From Callorhinchus milii (Eukaryota), in contig NW_024704743.1 in the NCBI RefSeq assembly GCF_018977255.1, forward strand, positions 37,636,001 to 37,700,000: DNA of 64,000 nucleotides. The letters run 5' to 3'. Position 1 is the first letter of the stretch. Each line of letters begins with the position of its first letter. Position numbers and translations under genes: made by a program. Under the pieces are notes generated by a model, which was not told the origin of the DNA, did not search any database, and saw nothing but the letters and a program-made list of their open reading frames with translations. Below, one piece after another: positions 14,928 to 27,156 of the stretch.

Positions 14928-15420
14928 TACAGATTCTGCAGCTCATGTCCTTCCCGCATCAAGATCCATGACCCTCCATCCTCGCCCGGCTCCACTGATT
15001 TCCAGAAGTTATAGTTCAAAATCCTTGTCCTTGCCTTCATGGCCCTCAACGGCCTTGGTCCTCCCTACCTCTGTGATCTGCTAACCCCATACAGACCTGT
15101 TTAAGCGCTCTGAGAAGCCATCCGATGTGGAGGGTGCTATATAAATCCAAGTTGTTGTTGTTGTTGTTTGCTCCCTCCGCTCAGCAGGCTCTGACCTGCT
15201 CCATGTCCTCCGCCTGGTCACCCCACCTTCGGTAGTCGGACCGTCAGCCTCTCTGGCCCCACCCTTTGGAACACCATTCAACAGTCCCCTTCATCTCGCT
15301 CCCTCCATTGCCTCCTTCAAGGCCCGTCTCTTTGACTGCAGTCACCCTCCTACCCCCACCTTCCCTGCCCTCCACCCCTCCTGATCACAACTCCCAAATC
15401 CCTGACTTTGTTGTTGTTGT
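14928..15420 (+). mobile_element. L2 3' fragment, itself interrupted by an antisense L2/SINE-type tail (about 15100-15170)
   Basis: L2-like C-rich sequence ending in (TTG)n, with an internal second tail. Confidence 0.7.
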
Positions 15421-16740
15421 AATGGGACTCAGTATGTCACTGTTAGGCAAGTACAGTAAGATCCAACATGGCATTTACTAAAACAATTTGCTTGCGTCAA
15501 GGTATGGTTCTGAAATTATTACATGGTGCTGGTTTTAGATGTGGATTCAACTAAATAATTACAAAACACAATTGTAAAGAAGAACTGGCCCGGCGGATGT
15601 TGTGCTTATTAAGGTGAGGGGAGATAGTACTGGGGATATCTATCAGATGGTGCCCATGAGATGCAATATTCCGGGATCTATTTATACCAGCACTGCAAAA
15701 CACACAGAATGTCTTAGCCACAGCAGCTGTTTTCCTTTCCTGCCCTCAGTTGAGAGAATCCTGTGCTAATTTACAAATGTTCTCCTGTTAACTCTCTGCC
15801 AGCAATTAAAATGGTTCATGCAGTCACAGAGATGATAACTGCAGAGCCAATGCTTTTTATATCCAATTCCTTCGAGAAGCCTTTAAGGTTTCGCTTTGTG
15901 CCACATCATCTCAGGCTGTCTCACTTCTATTCTTATTTAACAAACAGTTCTAATTTCCTGAATGCAAAAAGTTCGTCAAATTTATTTCCATATAGATGGA
16001 TGGTGTAGGTGGAATCTCATTGTGAATCTGTTGTAAGTAATGCGTATCCAGTTCAGAGTCAAGAGTCAGCTTCGGAATCCACATGTGACTGACGTTTGGA
16101 AATTATTTGGTTGGGTATTCAATGAGACTTTGAAGTGTAACTTTGTTGAACACTTTCTGCACCCAGTGTGAGCAGCACACACTCCCATGTCAAACAGTGC
16201 AAACTGGAAAAGGAAGATTGGAAAAACAGGGAATCGGCATTAATCTTCTCAGCCTTTTTTTTGGTGAGCCTGGTGTTTGACACAGAAACCCATCACCACA
16301 ATCACCAAACTGAGAGTTGCACAACAACAACATCAAATTACACTTGTATAGCACCCTTCACATCGGAAAGACTTCCCAGGGCGCTGGACATTAAGGGTTT
16401 TTTGAACCTGATGCTACTTGTCCTATGTCTGGAATTGACACATTACCTCCTTGAGACTAAATTTCTTAATGTTGACATTAATCAGGCAGTACTTTAACAA
16501 TCTCGGGGAGTTGGGACTTCACGAGACAAGCCAAAGCCAAATTTCTCATCATGAGTAAAAGAACTCTGAAATTATTTTGGTGCATTAACTAAATAAGGAT
16601 GATGTTTTACAATGAAAATATTCCACCTTGCATAAGGTTCACATTTAATTCTTTAAAAAACGTGAGGACTCACGCAATGAGGAATGCTTTAGATGAGTTA
16701 CAAGAGAACACCTGGCATCCGTGGAAACATACCCGAGTGA

Positions 16741-16974
<234 letters not shown>

Positions 16975-17348
16975 TATTTCTTCAGTGACCTTTTGCTTAG
17001 TACAACGTATGATGTATAGTGCGTCTCAGTGATTTTTAAATGAATGACAAAAAAAAAACTTTTTTGCATGTGTAGCCATTGAGGCTTGCATTCTCTTACG
17101 CTGTTGTACTGTTGACAGATTTTTACAAGATGGACTACTTTACATTACAGCATGTCGCCTTGAAACGTATCTGTATCTGGTTTTTATACAGGTTTATTGA
17201 GATTTTACTAAATTTCTTAATATTCTTACACTATAAAGCATTTTGGAACATTTATTGAGAGTTGATAGTGGACAGTATTAGTGCCATCTGTTCCTTATGA
17301 AGGATTTTTCAAAACTGAGGATGCATGGATTGTATTTTGCATGTCTAT

Positions 17349-17354
17349 AATAAA
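17349..17354 (+). terminator. Probable CPNE4 polyadenylation signal (3' UTR about 16975-17375)
   Basis: AATAAA about 375 nt after the stop codon, followed by a U/GU-rich tract (ttcttgtcttttctc). Confidence 0.65.
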
Positions 17355-17430
17355 ATGACACTGTTTTCCAATTCTTGTCTTTTCTCGCTAGTCAGAGGAT
17401 GTCATATAGATTGTTCTATTAGCATCCAAT

Positions 17431-17678
17431 ATCAGTGACTCCCACATCCAGTGTCCGTGACCATCACACCCAGTGTCAGTGACCCCCGCACTCAGTGTCT
17501 CCACACCCAGTGTCAGTGACTCCCACACCCAGTGTCAGAGTCCCCCACACCCAGTCAGTGACCCCCACACCTAGTGTCTTCACACACAATGTCAGTGACT
17601 CCCACACCTAGTATCTCCAACCCAGGGTCAGTGACCCCCACACCCAGTGTCAGTGACCCCCACACCCAGTGTCAGTGT
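17431..17678. repeat. Degenerate minisatellite, unit about 22 bp (TCAGTGACCCCCACACCCAGTG), about 11-12 copies
   Basis: Directly visible tandem units with deletion variants. Confidence 0.92.
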
Positions 17679-18934
17679 CCAACAGCACATCTGTTAGAGA
17701 AGCTACAGTGAATGTAGGTAGTACAGCAGTAGATAGCTAGAGGCAATCACCATTATTATTCCCTCTACCCACAACCACCAGAACTGAGCTGCTGATCTTA
17801 TGCCCATGTCTGTGGGCTAGGGATGAAGAGGAGTCAGTCAAGCCCATCACCTACTGACTCCATCAGAAACAACGTAGTTCAGATTGGCAATGGCAGCAGT
17901 CGGGAGCAACTCTCCTGTCATCTTTTATTCTTCTACACTCCACTTGATGTGCATCCCAGGGAGACAACAACCACAACTTGCATTTATTATAGCGCCCCCT
18001 CACACAGGATAGGTCCCAAAGTGCTTAATGGAGACCATTGAGTACAAGAAATAGAATCTCACCTCCCCCATTTTATTTAGCAATATTCCGCAATTCATTA
18101 AAAAATCATACTGATTTCCTGATTTTTAATAATTTTGCTAAGGCAAAAAATTGCTGATCTTTAAGTTGTCAGGTGGCCACAGACACCATTGCCTGCACGG
18201 TGTACACCATAGCACTCAGGCGCACAGAAAAAGAAGCGATTTCCATGGAGACTCAAACAAGTCTCAAACTCAAAGCTGGGAGTAGCTTGTTGTAGCTGAA
18301 AACATCAACATAAAACAAATTAGAAATAGACATTGATTTTATTCATCAAATCGATTTCCAACACCCCTATTCATACGTAAGCAAGCTTCCTTGGCTGATT
18401 ATTGAGAGTTACAGTTAATTCTTCTTGAGACTCTAATTATGCTCAGGCCTCTGTGTTCCTTACCTTATTTCACCATGAGAAGAATCTGAATAATTTTACT
18501 AGATAATGAGTTGATGAATTTTACCGGCTAATGCAAGCCATCGCCAAGGTTTTGTGAATATCCATTCAAATTTCCCAGGAGATTTCCCAACGGCTGATAA
18601 GAGTGCACAGATCCGGATTTAAAGTAGCATTTGCTCAGCTGTACGTTATATTAAATTCATTATTTATGCATTTTAACTTTTTATTGAAGTCATGAAGGTT
18701 CAATTGTATATCTGAGCCTTGATACAGTACAGACTACATGGTACAAACAGGACTGTAAATGTCCAAACGTAGATGAGTAGAAATTCCACCTGTATCTAGA
18801 TTTAGTAATATTAATAATCATTGCATTTGCTATAGCCCTTTCTCATCAGAAGCACGTCCCAAAGTGCTTCACAGGATTTGTTGTAAAGTGGAGTGATTAT
18901 GTGTATGTTGGGGGTGATTTGAGGGTGAGCCATT

Positions 18935-19306
18935 TTAGAACCTCGGCGTCCTGTTCGACCCTCAATTGTCCTTCATCCCGCCATCCATGCCATGACCTGC
19001 ACTGCTTTACCCCAGCTCCGCAACATTGCCTGATTCCACAACTGTCTCTCACCACAGGTCATCCACGGGTTCATCACATCTAGGCACAACTACGCCAACT
19101 CCCTGCTTGGCAGCCTCCCCAACTGCTCCCTCCACAATCTGCAGATCATCGAGAACTCTGCAGCCCATGTCCTCTCCCGCTCCAGATTCCGCGACCCTAT
19201 CACCCCTATCCTTACCCGGCTCCACTGGCTCCCCATCACCCAGCGGATACAATTCAAGATGCTGGTCCTTACAGCGAAAGTCCTCCACAGCCTTGCTCCT
19301 CCCTAA
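18935..19306 (+). mobile_element. L2 LINE fragment, left half; resumes at 21574-21925
   Basis: [10 protein letters not shown]...LQIIENSAAHVL...LHWLP...FK.LV motifs; the collinear continuation starts after 21573. Confidence 0.85.
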
Positions 19307-19352
19307 CGTCACGGTTACACTATTTTTCTAGACTCTCTATCCTGTATAAATA

Positions 19353-21348
19353 TGTCGTAGATAATAATATTAATCATTGAAATGTTTGGGCATGCCTGTC
19401 TCATTTAAGAGGGTTTGAGTTTTTAACCTGACAACTGCTCTTATTTAGATGACCAGAGACAGCTTTGGAGACCCTGAGTCTGGGAGCTGCCTAGATAGGT
19501 ACAGTAGAACCTCACTAATCCGGTCGCTCAAGTGACTGGGAAAAGTGACCTACTTAATGAGGGTGACCAGGTTACTGAAATCGGATTACATAGGATGAAC
19601 ATAGTGACTTTTAAAATTACATAGGCTGAACCTTCATTGACCATACTTCGCAATCTCACTAAAATAAAGGCATTGTCATATTTAAAACAGATCTCAGGTT
19701 TCATTATTCAAAGTTCATATGAGAAGTTAAAATCATACAAAATGTTAATTTATTCAAAAAAGAGTCCAGTGTTGTTTGCCCGGCTGCTGATTTAACCTGT
19801 ACTGCTTTGGCCTGCAGTTGACCCTCAGCATCAGCCAAAGTCTGCCATACATTGAATTTATGATCAAGTCCTTCACTTGTCCCAACATACCCAGTGCATC
19901 AGCATAAGTGAGGGAGTATTTGATGCTTTAGGTTGCTCTGCCTGTTCCTTCTCCTGTGTCTTGTTCCTCAGTGACCCTGGTATGTGCTAGAAACTCCTCC
20001 ACTAGACGCTCCCTCCCACCAGTGCAGTCATCACCACAAACTGAAAGGCTTCTGTCAGGGAGAGCCCTGAAAACAATACCAGATTTGTCCATGTTAAAGA
20101 TGCCTTTGGGTACGTAGCCAGCTGTAATCTCGGGGAGTTTCTCCTTCAACAACAGCTGGCCTAATGTCACCCTTTTCACCGGATACGATTGCAGACCCAA
20201 TGTTGTGTCTGGATTTGAAACGGCCAAGCCAGCCATTTGATGCCTTCAAGCCAATCTTGCCAAGTAAAGCTGTGTGCTTTCTTCTGTATCATCGGGTCAG
20301 AATTAGACATGTTGAGACCGTGAGCACGCTGGAACCGGAACGTAAACTGGAGCTCTCATGTCAGTTTATTTAATGTCTTGATACTGAGAGTTCAAACACA
20401 CACATTTTCTATCAGGCTGTTGATTTTCTTCAAAAGCTGTGATGTATTCAGCCTTCCTTTTTGTGAATGCATCCAACTCATGTTCTGCCAATGCCATAGA
20501 TTACAGCTAACTAACTGTCTATGACTTTTGTCCCCACTGTTTTTGATGAAGTCCACTCTCTCACGTAAGGACAACTCCTTCCGTGGTGCATGTTTACAGC
20601 ACTTACCAAGAATTGGCCACAGGAGATTAGGTTAGGTCGTGGACACCGGGCGAAGTCGATTTTTTTGCTCACGCCGTTTCCGCGATCCCAACAATCTCTG
20701 CGCTGCCCATGCGCAACCAGAGCCCACTCCAGCCACAGTAGCAGCGTCAGGCAAACAGCACGAGAGGCGCAAGGCCTAGCGCACTGTGTACAGGTTAGTA
20801 ACGGAGAGGGCTGTTTGTACCACGTCTTTACTGGAGCAGGGCGCTTATAGTGGCCACAATCATTGACCGTTGTCCTGAATAGTGAGACAGACAGTCTATC
20901 TTTTAACATAGTCGATGAAAGAGACTGTGAAAATGTACCCGCGATTGTGAGGTTTGCTGGATTACCGAGGTGACTACAAACCGGGTTCCTACTGTAGTTA
21001 CGTTTTGTGCGATAGCTGATACTTTGTTTAAGGAGAGGAGCCAAGTGCCTATATAAGGAAGGGGGCTGGCTTACCTCAAGGCTCCTGGCTTGTTCCCATC
21101 ATTAGGTATGTGCCTGATTACCTCCGAATCAAGATTAATTCACTAACCTTAGTAAGTGCTGCTAGTTATATCTTAGTTATTGGTGTACATAGTTATCTGG
21201 TTCCAACGCTGCGTTTGTTTTATATTATTGTTGCCTAGAGTAAGTAAGATACAGGGTTGTCTAGGGCTAATAAAAGTCTGTTGTATCTTCTCAGTAGTGC
21301 ATTCGAGTCTCTGTTAAATCCTTAAAGAGGGAGGTAGGGAAATACACA
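19353..21348 (+). mobile_element. Solo LTR (about 500 bp once the Tigger insert is removed)
   Basis: TG...CA termini (TGTCGTA / TACACA); 5-bp TSD AAATA at 19348-19352 and 21349-21353; TATATAA 21050-21056; AATAAA 21269-21274. Confidence 0.7.
19502..20994 (-). mobile_element. Tigger/pogo (Tc1-mariner) DNA transposon fossil, internally deleted
   Basis: TA TSDs at 19500-19501 and 20995-20996; imperfect TIRs CAGTAG(G)AACC. Minus-strand remnants: RKELSLRERVDFIK..KSHRQL (CENP-B HTH), KASNGWLGRFKSRHNI, IFNMDKSGIVFRALPDRSL..C.GG.ERL (start of DDE). Stops and frameshifts present. Confidence 0.9.
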
Positions 21349-21573
21349 AAATAAGTATTTGCTGGGCTCAATGGCCTGGTAGTGCGATAAGGCACTGGGG
21401 AAAGTATCTCGATTGCATAGTCAGTGATTCAATTGGGAATACCTGTTGTTGTGTTGTTCCAAATAGTGAAGTTCCACAAGAGAAGGGATTTGCCCTCATG
21501 GAGTTAGGACTGAATGCAGAGGCTTTGCTTTTCAAAACTTTGCGGAGTGTATAAAGGGGTGAGAACTGTTACA

Positions 21574-21925
21574 CTACCTCCTAACCCTCTATCAATGTGT
21601 CCAGTCCCTATGCTCTTTGGACTCCGGCCAATTTACGTCCCTCACCTTGCCTGCCCCACCATTGGCGGGCGGGCTTTCAGCCTCTCTGGCCCCACCATCT
21701 GGAATTCCATCCCACATCCCTCCATCTCACCCCCTCCTTTGCCTCCTTCAAGACCTGTCTCAAGACCATCATCTTCAACCATGCCTTCAGTCACCCTCCT
21801 ACCACCACCCTCCCCGCCCTCCTGATCCCAACCACCAGCTTTGGTGTGGATCCCTGACTGTCCAGCGTCTTGGGAAGTCCTCCTGACGTAAAAGATACTA
21901 TACAAATGTAATCTGTTGTTGTTAT
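21574..21925 (+). mobile_element. L2 LINE 3' end, right half of the element split at 19306
   Basis: [19 protein letters not shown] motif and (TTG)n tail. Confidence 0.85.
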
Positions 21926-23082
21926 TGATTCATTCTTTCAGTGTAACATTTCTGAGCATCCAGAATTTGTCAAATTCTTAAACACAGTCTGTAAGTTACT
22001 TTTAAGAACTACAGAAAACAGGTTACAAAATTAATACTGATTTCAATATATTGCCAACTTGTGCAAATTTTAAAATTTTACGTTAGTAAAGTAAATCTAG
22101 ACTCAGGTGGAATTTCTACCCAGCTATGAGGAGATCGCGCTATATATTTTGGGAGAGAATTACATTTGAGGTGTACCAGCATAAGGGGAATTCCTTAGCG
22201 GGTTAGGGAGCTCAAGGGTCCTTTGGATGCATGGTTCTGTAATCAGAGAAACCTTCTGCTATCCTGAGCTTTCATTGTGTTAGTGATTTTTTAAAAATGT
22301 ATTTATTTTCTATTAGAGTTATAATTTTAGGGCTTTGGTATCCTTTGCTATTGTGGAACACATTTTAATTTTATTAAGCACTGTTTTAGCTTTGAAGCAG
22401 AACTATTTTGATAACATTCTATGATGCAAGGCGCACAGACAATACTACAATAATTAGGCCTTTCACACACCGCAATGTTTTGTTTAAAAATTAATTGGCT
22501 TCTGCACTCATAAATGAAGAAAATCATACCCAGAGGATAAAAGCAAGCCACATGTGCCAGGAGCCAAGTGGGAGGAATTTATTCCGTGTGGACACCCAGC
22601 CGTTTTAATTTCAACATCCTGTTTATTTATTTTTCTGCTTTTTTTTCCTTTTGATTTTTAAAATGTATTTTGTTTGAACAGTGAGTACTGATAGCCCCCG
22701 GTATAGGACGTAGGTTTGAGAGGAATTTCTGAGTGCATGACATGAGCTGCCTGAAGTCACATCAATAGAGATACAGGCACAAGCTTGTGGAAATTCAGTG
22801 ATTCTGGCATTTTTATTGCAGAAAGGTCTTAAGAAACGTGGCCTTAAGTTTGGGTGTTTGGTGGACTCTTGAACTTTTTTGTCCAAAGAGTTTCAATCTG
22901 TTGTATGTGTTGAATGCATTTTAAAAGTTTCCTTCAGAAATTGTGGAGGGATATGGTCAATGGAAAGAGTGGGCTGTAAGGTCCTTTCTGATTCCATGAA
23001 TGTTTATGTTGTGAGGATCTGATCTTTTTTTTAAATAAAGAAATAGAGACAAATTGAGGAAAATGGAAAACACCAACCAGAC

Positions 23083-23595
23083 TTTACATAGAATTACATA
23101 GAATACGGAAACAGGCCATTCAGCCTATTTAACCCGTGCAGTGTTTATACTCCGCACAAGCCTGTTTTCCTCATACACCCCTCTGCCATACCTCTCTATT
23201 CCCTTCTCCCTCATGTATGTATGCTTTCCTCTTAAATATGTTGGTGCTTTTCACTTCAATCACAGCTCTCGGCAGTAAGTCCCACATTCTCATCCCTCTC
23301 TGTGTAAAGAAGTTCATTTTAAACTCCTTTTTAGATCTGCTACTGGCTATCTTATATTTATACCCCCTTATTTTTAACTCACGGCCAAGTGGAGACAGCT
23401 TGTCAATATCCACCTTAGCAATTCCTTTCATAATCTTAAACACATCTATCAAGTCCCCTCTCAATTGTCTGTTCTCCAGAGAAAAATACTCTAACCTATC
23501 CAATCTTTCTCAATGGCTGTATCCACTCATTCATGACAAAATCCGTGTAAATCTAAGATGCACTTTCTGAAATGCTATAATTTCCTTCTTGTAGT
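23083..23595 (-). mobile_element. CR1-clade LINE 3' fragment
   Basis: ORF 23171-23503: FSLE.R.LRGDLI.VFKIMKG...FFTQR...W..LP, the classic CR1 ORF2 C-terminus; tail repeat ttctatgtaa. Confidence 0.92.
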
Positions 23596-24914
23596 ATTTG
23601 TGTTTTTAATCCAAGAGCAAAAAGCAAGGATGGAATCTGGGCAATCATGTAATGGGCACATAAAGAAACACAAAAAGGCACCACAATTATAATGGTCACC
23701 CACAATCTCAACATTCTGGGGAAGAATCAGCCTATGCTAATATAGAGCAGACCTGCATTGATACAGAAAGCCTCAAATTTAACAGTATATCAGTTCAGAG
23801 AAAGAGAGAATGGTTTTCAAATTGCTTTCTTGGAGTAACTTATGAGAAAATCCAGACTGCTGACAAATGGCCTGGTTAAGATGTCCAGCTATTCCGTTTT
23901 ATTATACCAGTCACACAGGTAACCTTAGAAGGCTTGTTTTCTGATGTGTACTGTCATGATAAAAAAGTACTTTGTGGAAATCCTTGGAATCACTGACTGG
24001 AAAGCATCTACATTGATTACATTTGTCCTCAACAATATACCTCTCACTGATGTGACAGATGGAAGTATGCACCCTCTGAATCTAACTTAATTGCATGGAA
24101 GAGCCAGTCAAATCACCATAAACAGGGGCACCATCTTGAGTGTGCCCCTTTCAGAGTATTTTTGTTCACTGATTCGTGCCCCCCACTCAATCTGTCCCAT
24201 CATCACCCGACGAGCTTCCAGCCATTCTGTCCCCGCTCTCTCAAAACTCCATCTTGGAGACCCGTAGCCTCTCCCGCTTCCTCCCACTTTCAAAAGCCAC
24301 CTTAAGATTTACCATTTCAACCGTGCTTTCAGCAATCTTTCACCCCTCACACCCAACCCCCATATCGGGTTCCCAGTAAGGACTGTGGTGCTTTGAGATA
24401 ATCTCCTGATGTGAAAGGCACTACATAAATGTAAATTGGTGTCCCCATTTTCCACTGTGTACCCAGACTGCTGTCTTGCTGCTAGGCTGTTCAGATTATG
24501 CTCACAGCGGTGGGAATAGTGCCAAGTATTGCAGCTGGAGAAGCGCTGCGATGAGAAAGGCAAAACAGAGCAGCATTTAACACGAGCAGTCACTTAGCAC
24601 TTTTCTAGTATTAATTAAACTTCTCCACAAATGGAGCCTCTATCCTTTATTTTTTTTTGCTGGGTTACATGTCTTTATCCCTCTGCTCACAACCCTCAAT
24701 CTGGGCAGTGACAAAAGCCACGTTTAATATAGCTGGAGTCTAACTCTGCCGCGTTCCTCTCAGGAAAATCCCCCCAACACAGCCAAATTGCACACAGCAA
24801 TGTCCCACAAACAGCCTTGGAGTGAGTGACCAGTTTTATTTGGGGAATTATTGGCCAGGACACCAGGAGTAACTCCCTTCTCTTTTTGAATAGTGCCATG
24901 GGATCTTTAACCTG

Positions 24915-25430
24915 CTCTACCTCTGCTGAATTCTCCTCTCTCCTTTCCTCCCACAACATCTCCCTCCACATCCACTCTGCCACCCACGTCCACAGTGACC
25001 CCCTCAGCCTGGTGATCACCCAGGGCCTCACCATCTCCGACATCACCATCACTGATAAAGCCATCTTGGATCATCACTTCCTCTCCCTGAACACCTCCGT
25101 TTCCCTTCTGTCTACTCAACCCACTTCTATCACCTACCGCCCTTGGAAAAAAATCTGCCCCCACTGCCCTGGAGTAATCTGAACTCCTACCTTTCTGACC
25201 CTCCTCCCACAATGACCTACCTGCCTCGATCTCTTCTCCGCAACTCCCTCTCCTCCATCTCTGACTCCCTTGGCCCCCTCACCTCCTGATTTATTCCCGT
25301 AAATCACCCTGCTACACCAGCCATATCCAATCCCTCAAGGCACAAGTGCGCATTGCTGAACACACCTGGACCAAATCAAACCTAACGTCCATCAGCAGAT
25401 CTAGCTCAACCACACTAAGACCTACCGAGT
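24915..25430 (+). mobile_element. L2 endonuclease-region fragment
   Basis: PTH..G..L.LVIT.GL...I.DH-like AP-endonuclease C-terminal motif in ORF 24826-25182; C-rich composition. Confidence 0.65.
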
Positions 25431-26585
25431 TCAAGTCCATGCGTGGGATTTGAACCCATTATCTTGTGACTCAGAGGAGCCAAGTCGACACATCTCTGGA
25501 CTGTTTAATCCTGGTCAATACACACAAACATCAAAACTGGTGATTTTCCTCAGAGACTTCCTAATATGGAGAATCCCTATTCAGTCACTGAATAACTGAT
25601 GGTTTTCTTCAAGAGCTTGTTAAACATTAAGCAAAAAGAGTCTTTTGCAACTTGTTGTTAAATCTCAAAGAAAAAATATCCAGGTTTCACCCGCCACTGC
25701 AAACAAACTCATATAGCAGTGCAGCTGTCCAAATTAAAGTAGAATTAATGTTATTTTTGTGAGACTCACCAGATGTTGGGTTGCTTGAAATCACATTTTA
25801 ATATCACATTTTAATAGATTTAATGAATGGCTGCTCCACAAACATCTCCCTTCATGGTGATTGCTCCAACTCCTTCCAGACTGTCTGTTTCCATTTGAGT
25901 GTGAAAGCCTTTGCTTGGATCTGTTCTATATTTCAGTGATGTCATAGGGAGCTTCACTCCTAATATCCATATTTCCGTGCTTCAGGCAAACCAATGGTGA
26001 AGGCCATCTCCTCAAGATGCACTCTTTGTGTCAGCCTGACTAAGTTCATACCACTCACCCCTCTGAGTCAGAAGGTTGTGGGTTCAAGACCCACATTGGG
26101 ACTTTGAACTCGTTCAGTCTAGGCTGACACTCCAGTACCGTGCTGGAGGTGTGCTGCATGGTCAGAGATGGCATCCTTTAGATGAAATGTTAAAGGGAGG
26201 TCCTGTTTACCTATTCAGGTGGACTTTTACATGTGCTGTAGGCAATATAATAGCCAATTTACACACACAATGTCCAACCATTCAAATTGTTCCACAAGAG
26301 CTTTAACATCAATCTGAATCGGTAGACAGGACTTGAATTAAAGTCATCCAAACGATGGTACTTCTAACAATGCAGCACTCCTCAGCATTTCACTGGTAGC
26401 TCAGCCTAGTCTTAGCATGTGAGGCTAAATTGCTTTAAAGTTTAAAATCATGTGGACTTATAGAAATTTCTCAAATTCAGTGTTTCTTTTTTTTAAGATG
26501 GACTGCAGAAAACTATCAAACCAAGACTGAATTTAAGAATTTTCCACATTTTTGCATGACTTTAAATTTTAAAAGAAAGTGAATT

Positions 26586-27156
26586 TATTCTGGTCAGCCG
26601 GGTCTCTGACACATGCGGAAACCCATCAGCATGGTTAAGAGCATCCAAACCAAACAGAGTTCCATGCACCCAATTTGCTACATGGAAATTCCAGAGAAAT
26701 GTATTGGAAAGTAATGCTCACTCTCTTCCTGCAGGGACTCATCCTGCTTACTTAATTCCAGAAAATATTAGGCTCATGTTGGCAAAAGCAAGGCTTGGGG
26801 ACCCCAGAGTTGGGGTAACTGCTGGAGTCTGACTAGCTAAACCCCCATAGCTTACCATCAAGAGTCTGACAAGCTTTCCCACTGCTTGTCCAGCTATGGC
26901 CACCCTACACATTAGGGCTTTGGCTTGCAGGGTTAATGTGAGCTGAGTGGAATGACTCGCTGCCCCCAGTGTCTAGTCTACCCTTCCAGATCCTCCTGAT
27001 GATCAGCAGTGCCCTGGAATACTGCAGACCTGCCTGGCTCAAAAACTGGACTACCGAGACTGCCACAGAGGGTCAGCTCGATTCTGACAACCAAACATGT
27101 CACCTAAAGCTCCAAAGAGAATCCGCTTTACCTCCCTCCAAGGAAGATATTCAAAG
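26586..27156 (-). mobile_element. Unclassified ~570-bp interspersed element (family X), intergenic copy
   Basis: Reverse complement aligns over about 520 bp with 46520-47043 and over about 260 bp with 12992-13252; flanked by the direct repeat AGAAAGTGAATT (26574-26585, 27157-27168). Confidence 0.8.

Noticed and set aside
19928..20574. Domesticated TIGD/CENP-B-like gene
   Set aside because: Stops, frameshifts, most of the DDE domain deleted, and TIRs with TA TSDs still present
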